Of a DNA stretch of 36,148 nt, positions 1 to 11,832 are shown piece after piece (position 1 is the first letter of the stretch; every line of letters starts with the position of its first letter). The notes under the pieces are model-generated. The model did no database searches. It was not told the DNA's origin and saw only the letters and a list, made by a program, of their open reading frames with translations. The translations under genes and the position numbers were made by a program. Where the stretch lies: the NCBI GenBank assembly GCA_038496445.1, contig JALMLS010000113.1, positions 1 through 36,148 of the forward strand, written 5' to 3'. This stretch comes from Trichosphaerium sp. ATCC 40318 (Eukaryota; Protista; Tubulinea).

Positions 1-50
1 TAGAAGGCTTACTACTATCCACAGCTATGTAACACGGTTGATTTCTCCAG

Positions 51-452
51 CCAGATTTTTTACAAAGCATACTTCAGAAAGTTGCGAGGAATACTAATCA
101 CGTGACTGTATTACATGCTAAAGCTGAACGATGCGAACAATATACTATCACAGCTTCAACAAGGGGTATAACGTACAAAACCTCATACCAACCCAAAAGC
201 AATGTAATACGCCACCATAGGTTGCCAGCTGTAAAGGTATGAAATATGTAAATAATTTTGGTATGGGTTTTTATATTGCGAGGGTTTGAGACGGAGACAT
301 AACTTTTACCGCTTGAGGTGAGGCTGCTTCCATGCAGATCACATTTACCAAATGCTTCATTTACAATTTCTATCAGAAGTGTAAATCCAGACTGGGCCAT
401 ATACTGGAATTTTTCTAAAATTCTGAAAACTGTGTTACACTGCCATCTGTAA
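51..452 (+). CDS. Putative 3' exons of a host gene of unknown function, hit by the retrotransposon near its stop codon
   Basis: Three phase-compatible GT-AG introns (173-220, 237-282, 318-376) join exons into PDFLQSILQKVARN...LPAVKGLRRRHNFYRLRSVNPDWAIYWNFSKILKTVLHCH. With the LTR the frame ends L* at 452; with the element removed it would end QRWRV* at 7164. No recognisable domain. Confidence 0.35.
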
Positions 453-545
453 TATCCAGATCAAACGTAAGTCGTAATTGTAGAAATATTCTGTTTATTA
501 AGTGCATTTATAATATAAGTCAACCTAAGGTACGAGGATATCACA
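448..545 (-). repeat. 3' LTR (98 bp)
   Basis: Identical by eye to 7045-7142. Ends TGTAATATCC...GGATATCACA form a 9/10 terminal inverted repeat. Confidence 0.97.
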
Positions 546-555
546 CTCCCTCACT
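546..555 (-). promoter_or_regulatory. Polypurine tract (PPT)
   Basis: Minus strand reads AGTGAGGGAG immediately before the TG of the 3' LTR. Confidence 0.8.
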
Positions 556-777
556 GAATCAAACGCATCCGTCAATGTGAAAAGTCAAATAAGCATTGAA
601 ATGGTAGTGGAGATTCACATAAGTCGTAAGGCAGGAAATAAAAATAATACTCGTAAACTTAGGTTTTTGCTTGGGAACATGAGGCTTACTTAGTCAAGGA
701 CGAACCGTAATCCAGTACGATTGGCCAAGGTTGCTCATTTAAACGTCTGTTTTGCAGTAGCGACTGTCGCGTCCTAT

Positions 778-3700
778 CTACTGGAACCACTGCCCTTTTA
801 GGTAGCCCTTATTATGAGCGTGACAGTACCCGTCTAGTGGAGTCCTACGCTCTTCTGCAATGCAGGGCGTTTTACGTGACTCACCAGTAGCAAGTGTTAC
901 GGTGTTAATAAGTTTTGACGCGAGCTCAACGGCAAATTGCGTATCAAATTCATCTGCAAGTTTACGAACGTACGCAATCAATCCTTTACCTGTTTTCGCA
1001 GCAATCTTGAGCTCTTTCAAAAATTTCTTTTGACGTGATGAACGTGGGATAAAGCCGGCAGCACTGTCTCCTAGAATACCCATGAGCTGTTGATGGTAGA
1101 CTGTAATCCGTTTTTTGTTAAGTAAGTCGTTGTCATAATAATCTTCCATTGCGCTTGCTGTTGATTGTAGGATGTGTTGTAATTCTCGGAATCCCAGTTC
1201 CTTCTTAGTACGTCTGAAATATTGTCGTCCCAAAGTTCCTTGAGGTTCACTTGATGCTGGAATAGGAATAGGAGGTGTATCTTGTATATTTTCTAAAATT
1301 TCTTTGTCTTGATTGTTATCATCTGTTGAAATGTCATTCTTTCGTTTGTGATATCGTCTTAGTCGATCTACATTGTATACTTTTTCATCAATATCGCCAT
1401 TTGAATAAGCCAGTTGATAATCCAAGCCTTTGTTGAGGACCTTGATGACTTTGAATGGTCCTTCCCACATGTGTACAAATTTATGCGTGTATCCATATTC
1501 TATCTTTCGTTTTCGTAGTAAGAGTACGTAATCGCCAACCGCATATATTTCTTTTCTTCTTCGTTGGTTATATCTTTTAGACTGTCGTAAATAAGCATTT
1601 GAACGAGCTTCTTCAGCCAATGATCGTGATCGCTTTAAAGCCAAGGAGACTTTTCGAGTCCATGAGTCAAGTGTATGATCACCTTGTCTTGGTAGGCAAT
1701 CCATTGCTTGGTCTAGGGGAGTAGTAGCGTGATGACCAAAAACTAAATAATAGGGTGATTGTTTCAATTCAGAGTGTTGTGTTGTATTATACGCAAAGAC
1801 GCATGATTGAACATATTGGTCCCAATCAGTTTGATAGTCAGTAATAAACATTTTTATCATTTGTATTAAAGTATGATTAAATCTCTCAACTAACCCATTC
1901 GCTTGAGGGTGATATGCTACAGTTGTACGTTTATCAACATTGCATAGGTCACAAAGCTCTTCTACAATGCCTTCAAATTCTCCTCCTTGATCACTAATAA
2001 CAATAGAGGGAGCACCGTATATACACACAACATTTTCAAATAAGGCACGAGCCACAGTTTTAGACTTTTTATCTGGTAGGCATACAGCTATGGCATAGCG
2101 TGTATAATAGTCAGTGATGGTTAGAATCCATCGGTTTTGGTTGTTAATTGTACGTGTTAATGGACCAACCAAGTCCATAGAAATAGTTTGGAACGGAAAC
2201 GTTGCTTCAATTGTTTGCATTGGAGCACCTGGCGGTAATCTCCTAGAGGTCTTGCCAGTTTGGCATTTTTCACAAGTCCGAATGTGTTGTTCAATATCAC
2301 GTTTTAAACCGGCCCAATAGTATTTTAATTTAACATTATTATATGTTCTTGTAACGCCCAAGTGACCAGCAGTGGCTGAATCATGGTGGGCAGATATGAT
2401 CTCGCTTTGCATACTTGAAGGTACTACAATAACAGTCTTCATTGTTTGTTCTTCATGTGGTAGTGGAGTACGCTTTCGACAAAGGATACCACTCTCATCT
2501 AAAAACATACCTTTGGTAGCAGCGATGATTTTTTTAATATTTTTGTAGTTTTTAAACGCTTTTGGAGCTTGAATAAAGTAAATATATTCCAACAGTTGTT
2601 TGTCAAGTCGTTGTAAATAAAATAAACGTAAACGGGGTTGCTTTGGGATTTTACAAGTGTTCACATATGCTGGAAAGAATTGAGAATTTCGAGGGTGTAA
2701 AATAGGAGTGAAATTGTGCATAAAACCCACAGGGTGTACTATGCCATTGATATTGACATAATTTACAGCAACAGGACGTATGGGATGTCTTGACAGAGCA
2801 TCTGAGTCAGAGTTTAAAATACCTTTACGATGAATAATAGTAAAGTCAAATTCAGAAAGGTAAATAGACCAACGGATCATTTTTGAATCCGGGTGAGATG
2901 TTCGTTTAAATTTTAACAGTGCAATGTGATCTGTGTAAATTTTAAAAGGTTTGTACAACAGGTAGACGCGAAATTTCTTACAAGCAGCTACTACTGCTAA
3001 TGCTTCCAGCAAATGGGTATGATAGCGTTGCTCATGAATATTTAAAGCACGTGAATAATAAGCTATGACTCTTTCATTACCGAAATCATCTTTTTGTACT
3101 AGAGTAGCACCTATACCAATATTACACGCATCAGTGTGTAACTCAAACGGCTTCTCAAAGTTAGGATATGCTAAACAAGGGGCAGAAGTTAACGCTTGTT
3201 TAATATCTTTAAAAGCTTTAGCTTGGTGAGGTCCCCAGAAGAAGTCTACACCTTTTTTTAATAGTGCTCTCAGAGGCGATGCTGCAGCAGATAACATTCG
3301 AACAAAACGTGAATAGTAAGTGGCCATACCTAGGAAGGAACGAACACCAGAAACATCAGAGGGAGCGTTCATTTTAACAATGGCTTCAATTTTATCAGGG
3401 TGAGGTCTTATGCCGTCTTCAGAGACCAAAAACCCCAAGTACTCAACTTCGTGTAAAAAGAAAGAACATTTTTTGGTTTTAGTTTAATTTTGTGTTGTCG
3501 CACACGTTCAAGAACTAATTTCAAACTATAAATATGTTCCTCAAAAGTTTTTGAAAAGACGATAATGTCGTCAATATATACAAGGCAATGTTGCCAATTT
3601 AAACCAGAAAGAACTAGGTTTACGTACCTTTGCCAAGTTGCAGGTGCATTGGATACACCCATGGGCATTACAACCCATTCGTAGAGTCCAGATTTGTCGA

Positions 3701-6700
3701 TAAAGGCTGTTTTCTCAATGGAGTTTCTTGCTATCTTTAGCTGATGAAACCCACTGGTAGCATCCATTATTGAGAAATAGACTGAGCCTATGAGAGCGTC
3801 TAATGCATCATCTACCCTTGGGAGTGGGTATACATCACGCTTTGTCACTGAGTTCAAAGACCTATAATCTATACAAAATCGTAAAGTGCCATCTTTCTTT
3901 TTAACAATTACAATAGGTGCCGCCCAAGGCGACTTAGATGGTCGAATTAAACCATGGCGAGTAAACTTTTTAATAAAATCTTTGATAAATTCGTGATAGT
4001 GAGGAGGAAAACGTCTTGGAGGTTGATGTAGTGGTTTAGCATTGCCAGTATCAATTTCAAATTTGACGGCAGTATCATTCACCTCAGTAATCTCATCTGA
4101 GAATTCAGTTTCAAAGAAACAAAGCAGATTAAAAAGGATTTTTCTTTGTTCATCATCAACTTGTGCTTTTTCTAATTGTTTTGAAAATAATTTGTGTATA
4201 CGTTTTGCAACTTGTAAAGAAGGTTTAAAGTCTTTAAAAAATTTGATAGCTTCCTTGATGTGTTCACGTGTTTTTTCAAAATCAGCATTTGACGCATTAG
4301 TTTTTACACGTATGACATCTTCACGGCTATCAACACTAATAGCATGTTTTGTTGATGTAACAGGTTCAAAAATGGAAACAATTTCATTAGCATTTAGAGT
4401 AATGTAAGAAGGACTAGCGTTAACAACCTCATATAATAAGCGACCATCTGCTTCTTGCATAGTGAGTGTATGAGATCCGCTTAAACCTTTGTGTTTTTTT
4501 AGAAATTGTATGGTGGCTTGATTTATGCCTTGTGAACCATGACGAAAATGTTTTGCTTTTACTTCTAGAATAGCGGGAGAAAAAGGAGGTATTGTAACAT
4601 CTTTTGTAAGACGACATAAACTAGAGCGTAGTTGTGTTTCAGGAGGAAGTTCATCCACTAAAGGGATATGTTGACCATTTGGTAAAGAAAATAGTTTTTT
4701 CGAAATGTTTATAGAGGCTCCAGTCTGAGCTAAAAAGTCACGGCCCAATAACATTGGTTCTGATAAGTTCTTTGCTATTAATGGCGAGAATTTTGTTTTA
4801 AAAATTGGAAATTCAAATTGTAATGGTTGTTTTGTATAACCAATAAGAGGTAAGGGCTTACCGTTGGCAGCCATTGAGTTTAGCTTGTATGGTTTGTAGG
4901 TTCTCAGTCCTATGTCATGTGCAGCCTTTAAACTAATTAGGGTGTGTGAAGCACCGCTATCTACTAAAGCAAGGATTGATTTTCCATTAATACGAACGAC
5001 AACATAAGCTGAAAAAGTTTTATCTAAACTAGTTTGGTTTACAGTGTTACTGTTGGCATTTGGCGCTGGAAATTGGCTTGCCATTGGATACGAGAAATAA
5101 GGAGGCAGCACATGCATCTGAGTCGAGGGTAGAGGTTGAGTATTCAAAGGAGATTGTGCTGGAGCACTAGGAGAAGGTACTGTAGATACGGGGGAAGGAC
5201 CAGTTGGCATTGACATGTTTGACGGAGGTTGTTGATACTGTACTGATTGATAGTGAGGCCAATAACTTGGCATCGGTGTTCCTGGTTGTTGTACAACCGG
5301 TTGAGGCGTTGGTGTTGAAGCGTTGGTTCTCACTGTTGTTTTGTTTAACATACATTTTTCTTCTTTGTGACGTCCCCATTTCGCGTGATGATTACACCAA
5401 ATCCACCTGCCTTCATTCGGTTTTTGGGTTTTATCTAATAAGCGCTTCTCCCATTCTTCCTTTGTATATTTCTGGGTTCTTGGAGTCGTCTTTGAAGGTG
5501 TGGAAGTATTCTTTATAGTTGCCTTCTTTGTAGTTTTCTTGTATCGTTCGATTCTTTTTGCCTTCAATTCTTCTTTTTCTGCTATCTGTAATAATTCGGT
5601 GACATTGTTGTCCGTAGGTTCTCCTTGATTGATAACAGCGGTTCGTAAAGAGTCTTTCATCTTTGCCAATAATTCGTCATAAAATCCTTTTCCGTGAGGA
5701 TTGACTCCAGCGTGTTTAGCCAATAGCATCTTTTCTTGATAATAATCGTTGAAAGAAATATCTTCTCCTTGAGAGAAATCTCGGTAATTTCTCATGACTT
5801 CATCGTAATCGTACTTTCCTTCAAACTCTGTAATGATGTGATCCAACAGCGCTTGCGGGTGTGGTAATTCAGCTACTCCGTTATAGTTGTTCTCATACCA
5901 TTTTTCAGCTGTGCCCTTTAACTTGTTAATCATAAAACTTGATAATGCCGAATCTGAAATATTTGTACTGGCGTTGTATTGTTGTAGTTGATGTCCGAAT
6001 AACCTAACACGGCTTGGAGTACCGTCAAAAGGTTTTACAATGTCTTGTACCACGTTTTGAGCGTTGAATAAAGGCAAGAGAACGGAGAGGAGAGATATGA
6101 GCTGTCCTTGCGCTGATGCATCAGGATCAAAATTTTGAAATGTCGGAGGAGGTTTCGAAAGAGAAATTCTAGCTGGCTTGTATGTTGATGGTGGTATTGT
6201 AGCTGTACCACCAGTACTTGGTTTATTTGGTGGTGGTGGAGGAGTTTTATCAGATGTTGGAGTTGTTGTAGGAAGTGATATAGTCTCGTCTTTGGTATTG
6301 TCTTCTAAAATATCATATATTTCTTCTTTTAGTTTGTCGGCGATCTCTTCAGCAGCTACAGAAACAGCGAGGCCAATGACTTCTTCAACGTGTTTGCTAA
6401 TGTCGCTAATCTGTAGTGGTATGTCCAGCTTCTTTAATTGTTCCTGAATACTTTGTTTGATACGCTCTTGCGTTTCGGTAGAAATGGCCAAATTTTCGAT
6501 TTGGGTGTTGAGTTGGGATTGATCCGTAATAACTCGCAAAGTTCTGTCGTTGTAAGGTCTAGGCATTGCTGTCGTTTGGGTAGTTGGGACAGGAATATAT
6601 GGAGAGCCAGGAGTTTGTAATGAGATTCTCGTAGTAGGCGTCTGGTATGGCGTGGATGATCGGTGTAATGGTATACTGCGAGCAGGTGTTGCTGGTGCCA

Positions 6701-6779
6701 ATCTTTCGCGTAAAAACCCTTCCAACGAATTAAAGCGTGATTCGAGTTGTTTTAAACGATCTTCAGTGTTTTGAGACAT
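778..6779 (-). CDS. gag-pol: Gag-Pol polyprotein, broken by one frameshift in an A6 run at 3469-3474
   Basis: ORF 3408-6779 has Gag with a CNHH-x5-H-x4-C knuckle, protease LVDSGASH, and RT motifs SPWAAPIVIVKKKDG, LRFCIDYR, MPMGV and YIDD. ORF 778-3438 has RNase H (TDAC, E, TDH, D), integrase H-x6-H/CEKC, SMDLVGP, SDQGGEF, NGLVERFN and GPF. One extra A restores KPKKCSFFLHEVEYLGFLVS. Confidence 0.97.
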
Positions 6780-7025
6780 TTTTTTTTTAAAAGAGAAATA
6801 GAATATTCGTTTGTTAATTTGGACAGGTACGTAGCTGTAATAGAGGGCTTTATCTCCAGCCCACTAGGATTTTGGCCTTTTTAAGCAATCCTTTGCTTTA
6901 CAACACGTGTTTTAATGTTTTATCGCCTGTTTGCTATATATCCCTCTCCGCCACCAATATGAGCGTGTAACGTGAAGGAAAAATATTATGCGTCGAACCG
7001 GCGGAGAATATTAGCGTAAGTTAAA

Positions 7026-7043
7026 TCCAGGTCGTGTCGTCCA
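7026..7043 (-). promoter_or_regulatory. Primer-binding site (PBS) candidate
   Basis: Minus strand TGGACGACACGACCTGGA starts 1 nt after the 5' LTR. TGG is complementary to tRNA CCA. The primer tRNA is not identified. Confidence 0.75.
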
Positions 7044-7044
7044 C

Positions 7045-7142
7045 TGTAATATCCAGATCAAACGTAAGTCGTAATTGTAGAAATATTCTGTTTATTAAGT
7101 GCATTTATAATATAAGTCAACCTAAGGTACGAGGATATCACA
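7045..7142 (-). repeat. 5' LTR (98 bp)
   Basis: Identical to 448-545. Contains minus-strand TATAAAT (7103-7109) and AATAAA (7091-7096). Confidence 0.97.
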
Positions 7143-7669
7143 CCATCAAAGATGGCGCGTTTAATGAAAATGACGGGACATAAAGTAAAGCGCATTAAGA
7201 GCGCAGCTTCCACTTGAAGGTTCTTTACAAAACCAACACACGGAGTTATTGATATCCCGGACAAATGGAAACGGAAACATATGCGAATAGTTGTACATGA
7301 GATGGGTAATGACATTTGCCACAATACAACTGCACCTTGGAACATACAGGGTGCTTGAGTTGGTTTTGACTAAAAAATGAAGTAAAAATACTATTGCTTT
7401 CACTGTGTTTTTGTGATCTGGGTAGAGTACTAAGCTAAATGTTGTTTGTAGTTTGACAGTACAGTTTTTCAAATATTGTTCACGTGATATGTACATCATG
7501 TTCTTAAGAAATGTTTTAGAACCTTTCAATACGACGAGCAACCACTTTCTAATACTAGGTAAGAAGCTGGGAATGAAGCTAGCGAATGAAAGGTAGTATT
7601 ACTATTCCACTTGAATTGTCTTTGGAAAACTGCCGTGTGCACTTTTTGAACATGACTATTCCAGTCAGC

Positions 7670-10600
7670 ATGACAAGAGGTAACCACTCTTTCAAACATT
7701 TGTACTTACATTTTGAAGGTCTTGGAATATTGCTGGTACTATCACTATTCTGCAGTGCTTATTGCGCTAGCACCTATGATCAACTCAACTCTTTGATCTT
7801 TAAAAACAAAGGTACTGCTACCCGTTTTGAACAACTTTTATTAAAACGTCGTACGTCCTTCAATAACCGTTCTGAAAGGTCGTGTTGACAATACAGATGT
7901 CTTTTTTCATAAAACGAAGTGTGGCGGTTACGTAGAACCTCTAAACGTAACAAAAGCGCGTTATTCATGGGATTTACGAGGTGACTACCCATTTTTGTTC
8001 AAACAAACCGGCGAGCCATCAAAATGTAACGCTTCTGCTCCAATAAACTTCAGAAATCTTCCTGGCATGGTAAGAAGGTATTACAGAGGCTAATAACTAA
8101 ATCACGTGCTCGTAGGACTACAAAGCGATTATTCCTGATACAGCTTCGGATGCACTCTGCCAAAAAGCTTGTTGTGCCGATGTACAGTGTCGTGCATGGG
8201 TTTTCGAGTAAGAAAACTGACAGTCTTTCCTTTCTAACCCTCTGTTAGCAAAGCGGCGCCAGGAGATTTTATGAGCTGTACAAAGGTATTACTGTTGTAT
8301 CGAAACAAAATATCTTTGTAATTAAAACCGTTTAGGGGCAACCTTGCTGTTATCTTAAAAACGGCGTTCCTGAAGGCAAATCTGACTCTTGTTGCTCTTC
8401 TGGTGTTGTTTCCAGACTTGATGGTACTACTCCACCTTCTGGCATGCGTAGTGCTGTACCACTAGGCGGATTTGGTGCAGGTTCTTTCGAAATTCGAACG
8501 GATGGTGAGTACTTTAGTCAATGTCTTGAACTTATTAACGCTGAAAAGGCGGTTTTTACGAATGGACTATTCAAAATCAATCTCCTGGAGGAGCTGCCAA
8601 ATATGGAGTTGTTCCAGATGCTACTCTAGGGTCCGTGTAACGCGTTTTTCAAGTCTCTACACAATCTTACTTTTTTCTTGCTTCAGACTTTGGACACCGG
8701 CTTATACAAGGTTGCTTCGTACTAAACCACCTCAAAACCTACCCGGTGTACAAGCACTTGAATACAGCGGCGCATGGCCTGTCGCTAAGCTGTCAGTCAT
8801 TGATAATTTTCCAATCGATGCTTCAGTTTATGCACATCCGGAGTTCCAGCTGGGAAGCATCGAAGGATCTGCAACCCCTGGAGTTTTCTTTACTGTGGCT
8901 TTATCTAATCCAACAAAAGGTAACAATAATGCAGAATATTACACGCGACAATAATCGTTTTGTTGTCTTGTATCGATCGCGACTCACACTTTTTTGGATA
9001 GAGCCTCAAGAAGTTGGGTTCCTACTTAACTTGCCACTGTCATATGAAGTTGATGTTCTCCGATATAGTGTAGCTAATACAACTGTTAGTGCCCTTAATC
9101 TTGCTGATTGCGCTTCGGTTTGCTCATTGAACGCTTCTTGCGCTTCTTGGAGTTTTGATAAAAGCTGCTATCATCACCAAGATGTCCCACTAAACGTCTA
9201 CAAACTTGGTGCCTACTCAGGTGTTGTGGGATCATGGACCAAATCAAGCTCGGACGGATTAACCCTTACAAGAAAAGGAACAAACCCAGCTGCTGGAACA
9301 GCCTCACTCAAAGCCTTTGGAGACCTTGGCGCCCTAAGCGTTGGATACGCTTCATCAAATTCTTTGCCTGATATTTTCGAAACTTTCAAGAAATATGGAG
9401 ACATATCTTCAATGCCTGAAATGTCTTATGCTTCTTATGGTGCAGCTAGTGTTAAAGGAACACTTAAACCTGGGGAAAACGCAACAATGACAATAGCATT
9501 CGCATGGTAAGGTTTTTTTTCTTTAACTAAAGTACGAACTTAATATCTATTAAGGCACTTTCCATACCGTGATCAGATGGGCGAAACTCTTGGTAATTTC
9601 TATAGAAATTTGTACTCCGACTCAACAGATGTTGTTACAAAAATGATTAGTAGAGTGTCAACAACAGTAGACGAGATAGTGGCTGTTAACAACCTTTTCT
9701 ACACAAACTCTTGGCCAGAATTTCTTCAAGATATTATGATGAACAGTGTAAGCCATTCTCGAACTGCCATGTATTTAGGTGATGGTAGAGTACGCCAATG
9801 GGAAGCGTATGATTGTGTAGGCAAGTACCGTAGACACTTTTAACTGTTCTAAAACGAAATTAGATGTAGACAGTGTACACAACGACTACCAGCGAATGCT
9901 TCCTTACATGACATTTTGGCCTCAATCTCCGCAGAGTAAAATGAGAGGTTGGGCGAAATACCAATTACCTTCAGGCATGATTCAAGAAACATTGGCTCCT
10001 GGGTGTCAAGAAAAACCTAGCAAAATGGATGAAGCTCGTGGAAGAACTATGGCAGATGTTACCTCCTTGTTCGTCGTTGAAGCTCTTCAGATATATGAGT
10101 GGACAGGAGACGAAGTGTTCTTAAATGATATGAAGGATCATGTTATAGCAGCTGCTAATTGGCAAATGGATGTAACAAAGAAGTATGGAATACCTTATAG
10201 ACTGATATGCACATACGACATTGTCAAACTACAAGAGTACGTTTCCTTAAACAAGAAACTGTTTTGTTTTGTACCCAGTTTTTCCGAAACTTACTTTGTT
10301 TTCTTAGTCACGATTTTGCATCATTTACTGCTTTTGTACATTTGTTATCGATGAGAGCTTGTTCTAAGATTGGGAAAATTATTGGAAATAGTAGTTTGGA
10401 AAGTGCGTGTAATGAAAGCTTCAATAGAGGAGTTGAAGGTACCACAAAAAATCGTGAGGGGCTTTATTAATTTGTTTCCCAGCAATAAACAAATATCTTT
10501 GGAATGGCAAGTACTTCCGTGCTTGGAATGATGGGCCTAATGTAATGGCCGACACACTTTACGGACAAGTGTGGGCGTATACCTTGGGTTTGGGAGAGCT

Positions 10601-11541
10601 TGTAGATGCAACACGGCTAAAGTACGTGCTCTATATTTAAAAGCCCGTTTATAATGAATACTAGAATGCAATTAAAAGCCGAAGAAGAGTATAATGATTC
10701 TGATTTTGGTCTTTCTGTAACATCTCCAGGCGATACTAACTCTTCTGCTATTGGTATTGATATTACTGAAAAACAAATAAGCTGTGGTGGATCAATGGCT
10801 CATACAATATGGGGAGGAGGCTCACCAGATTGGTAAACGAAAAAGAGGCTTAAGTTTATTTTTCTAACTGGCAATGTCTAGGTCTGTCTTGAATATATGG
10901 CTTGGTAACGATGTAACATATAGTATGTCGCAGGCTGAAAAGTCTCTTAATTATTGGAGGGATGGTATTCATGACCAATGGAATATACACGCATTGCTTT
11001 CTGATAACGATAAATCTTGGGGAGACCAAGCTGGATATCCTTACATTTCAAGCCATTATGGCTTTCACATGGTTCTTGTACGTACAAAAGTGCCTTTCTT
11101 ATTTGTGAATAATTTATGTCACGTGCTCATACAAAGACTTTGTACTTCTTTGGTTACTTTTTTTTTTTCAAAAAACAAAACTTACATCAAACAAAATTAT
11201 TTTCTCCTTTCTCAGCCATAATCACGTGGGTTTTTTGTTCTTTAATCCGCCTTTACTTGTGTTTAATGTTGTTTGTTTGTTAGTGGCATATCCCTCTTGC
11301 ATTATCTGGTCAGTACTATTCTGTTCCCGAGAGTGTATTATCGTTTAAACCACAACTTCAAGCGCCATACACGCTGCCAGTATATTTACCTGGAGTACTT
11401 GCATTTATTAAAAAAGATAGCTCTCAATATACATTCGGTGTTGTCATTGGAAGCATTGAAGTAGATACACTATCTATTGATAATCATGCGTACAAAACCA
11501 AAGTATCTCTTAAAAAAGGTGAATCAATAGTTTGGAGTTAG
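7670..11541 (+). CDS. Secreted glycoside hydrolase, GH116/GBA2-like, with PAN/apple-like Cys modules (multi-exon)
   Basis: Spliced N-terminus [20 protein letters not shown] is signal-peptide-like. [16 protein letters not shown]...CCYLK and [16 protein letters not shown] are PAN-like. [17 protein letters not shown] (GBA2_N), [45 protein letters not shown] and SHYGFHM match GH116-type proteins. Stop TAG at 11539-11541. Confidence 0.85.
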
Positions 11542-11832
11542 ATCAAAACTGTAAAGTTGCTATATTCAATAAACTACGTATTGTACCCACTCAGGTTACG
11601 TTTCTTAGGTGATACACTTAGCGAAGTCGTCTAAGACACTGAAAAGGTGAGCTCCTGGGAAGGGAATTAAAGCTAAGCCAATCAAAACCAATGTTTTGAC
11701 GAATGATGTTGTTGAAGCTATGAGAAACAGCAGTAGCACCAAATCTAAACCCACATCTCAACAACGCTGAATATAAAAGAGTGGCCACTGTACGGTATGG
11801 TAAAGCTAGGTCGTTTTATTATGTTGTTTGCA

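Larger units (their letters stand above)
448..7142 (-). mobile_element. Full-length Ty3/Gypsy (Metaviridae) LTR retrotransposon, 6695 bp
   Basis: Identical 98-bp LTRs with TG...CA ends, 5-bp TSD CCATC at 443-447 and 7143-7147, PBS and PPT in the expected places, and domain order Gag-PR-RT-RNaseH-IN. Confidence 0.98.

Noticed and set aside
4360-4625. dUTPase-like spacer between PR and RT (VTIPPFS...VVNASPSYITL)
   Set aside because: No catalytic dUTPase motifs are present, and such degenerate spacers are common in Gypsy elements.
2114-6620. Plus-strand and alternative-frame ORFs inside the retrotransposon
   Set aside because: They are antisense or overlapping shadows of gag-pol with no motifs.
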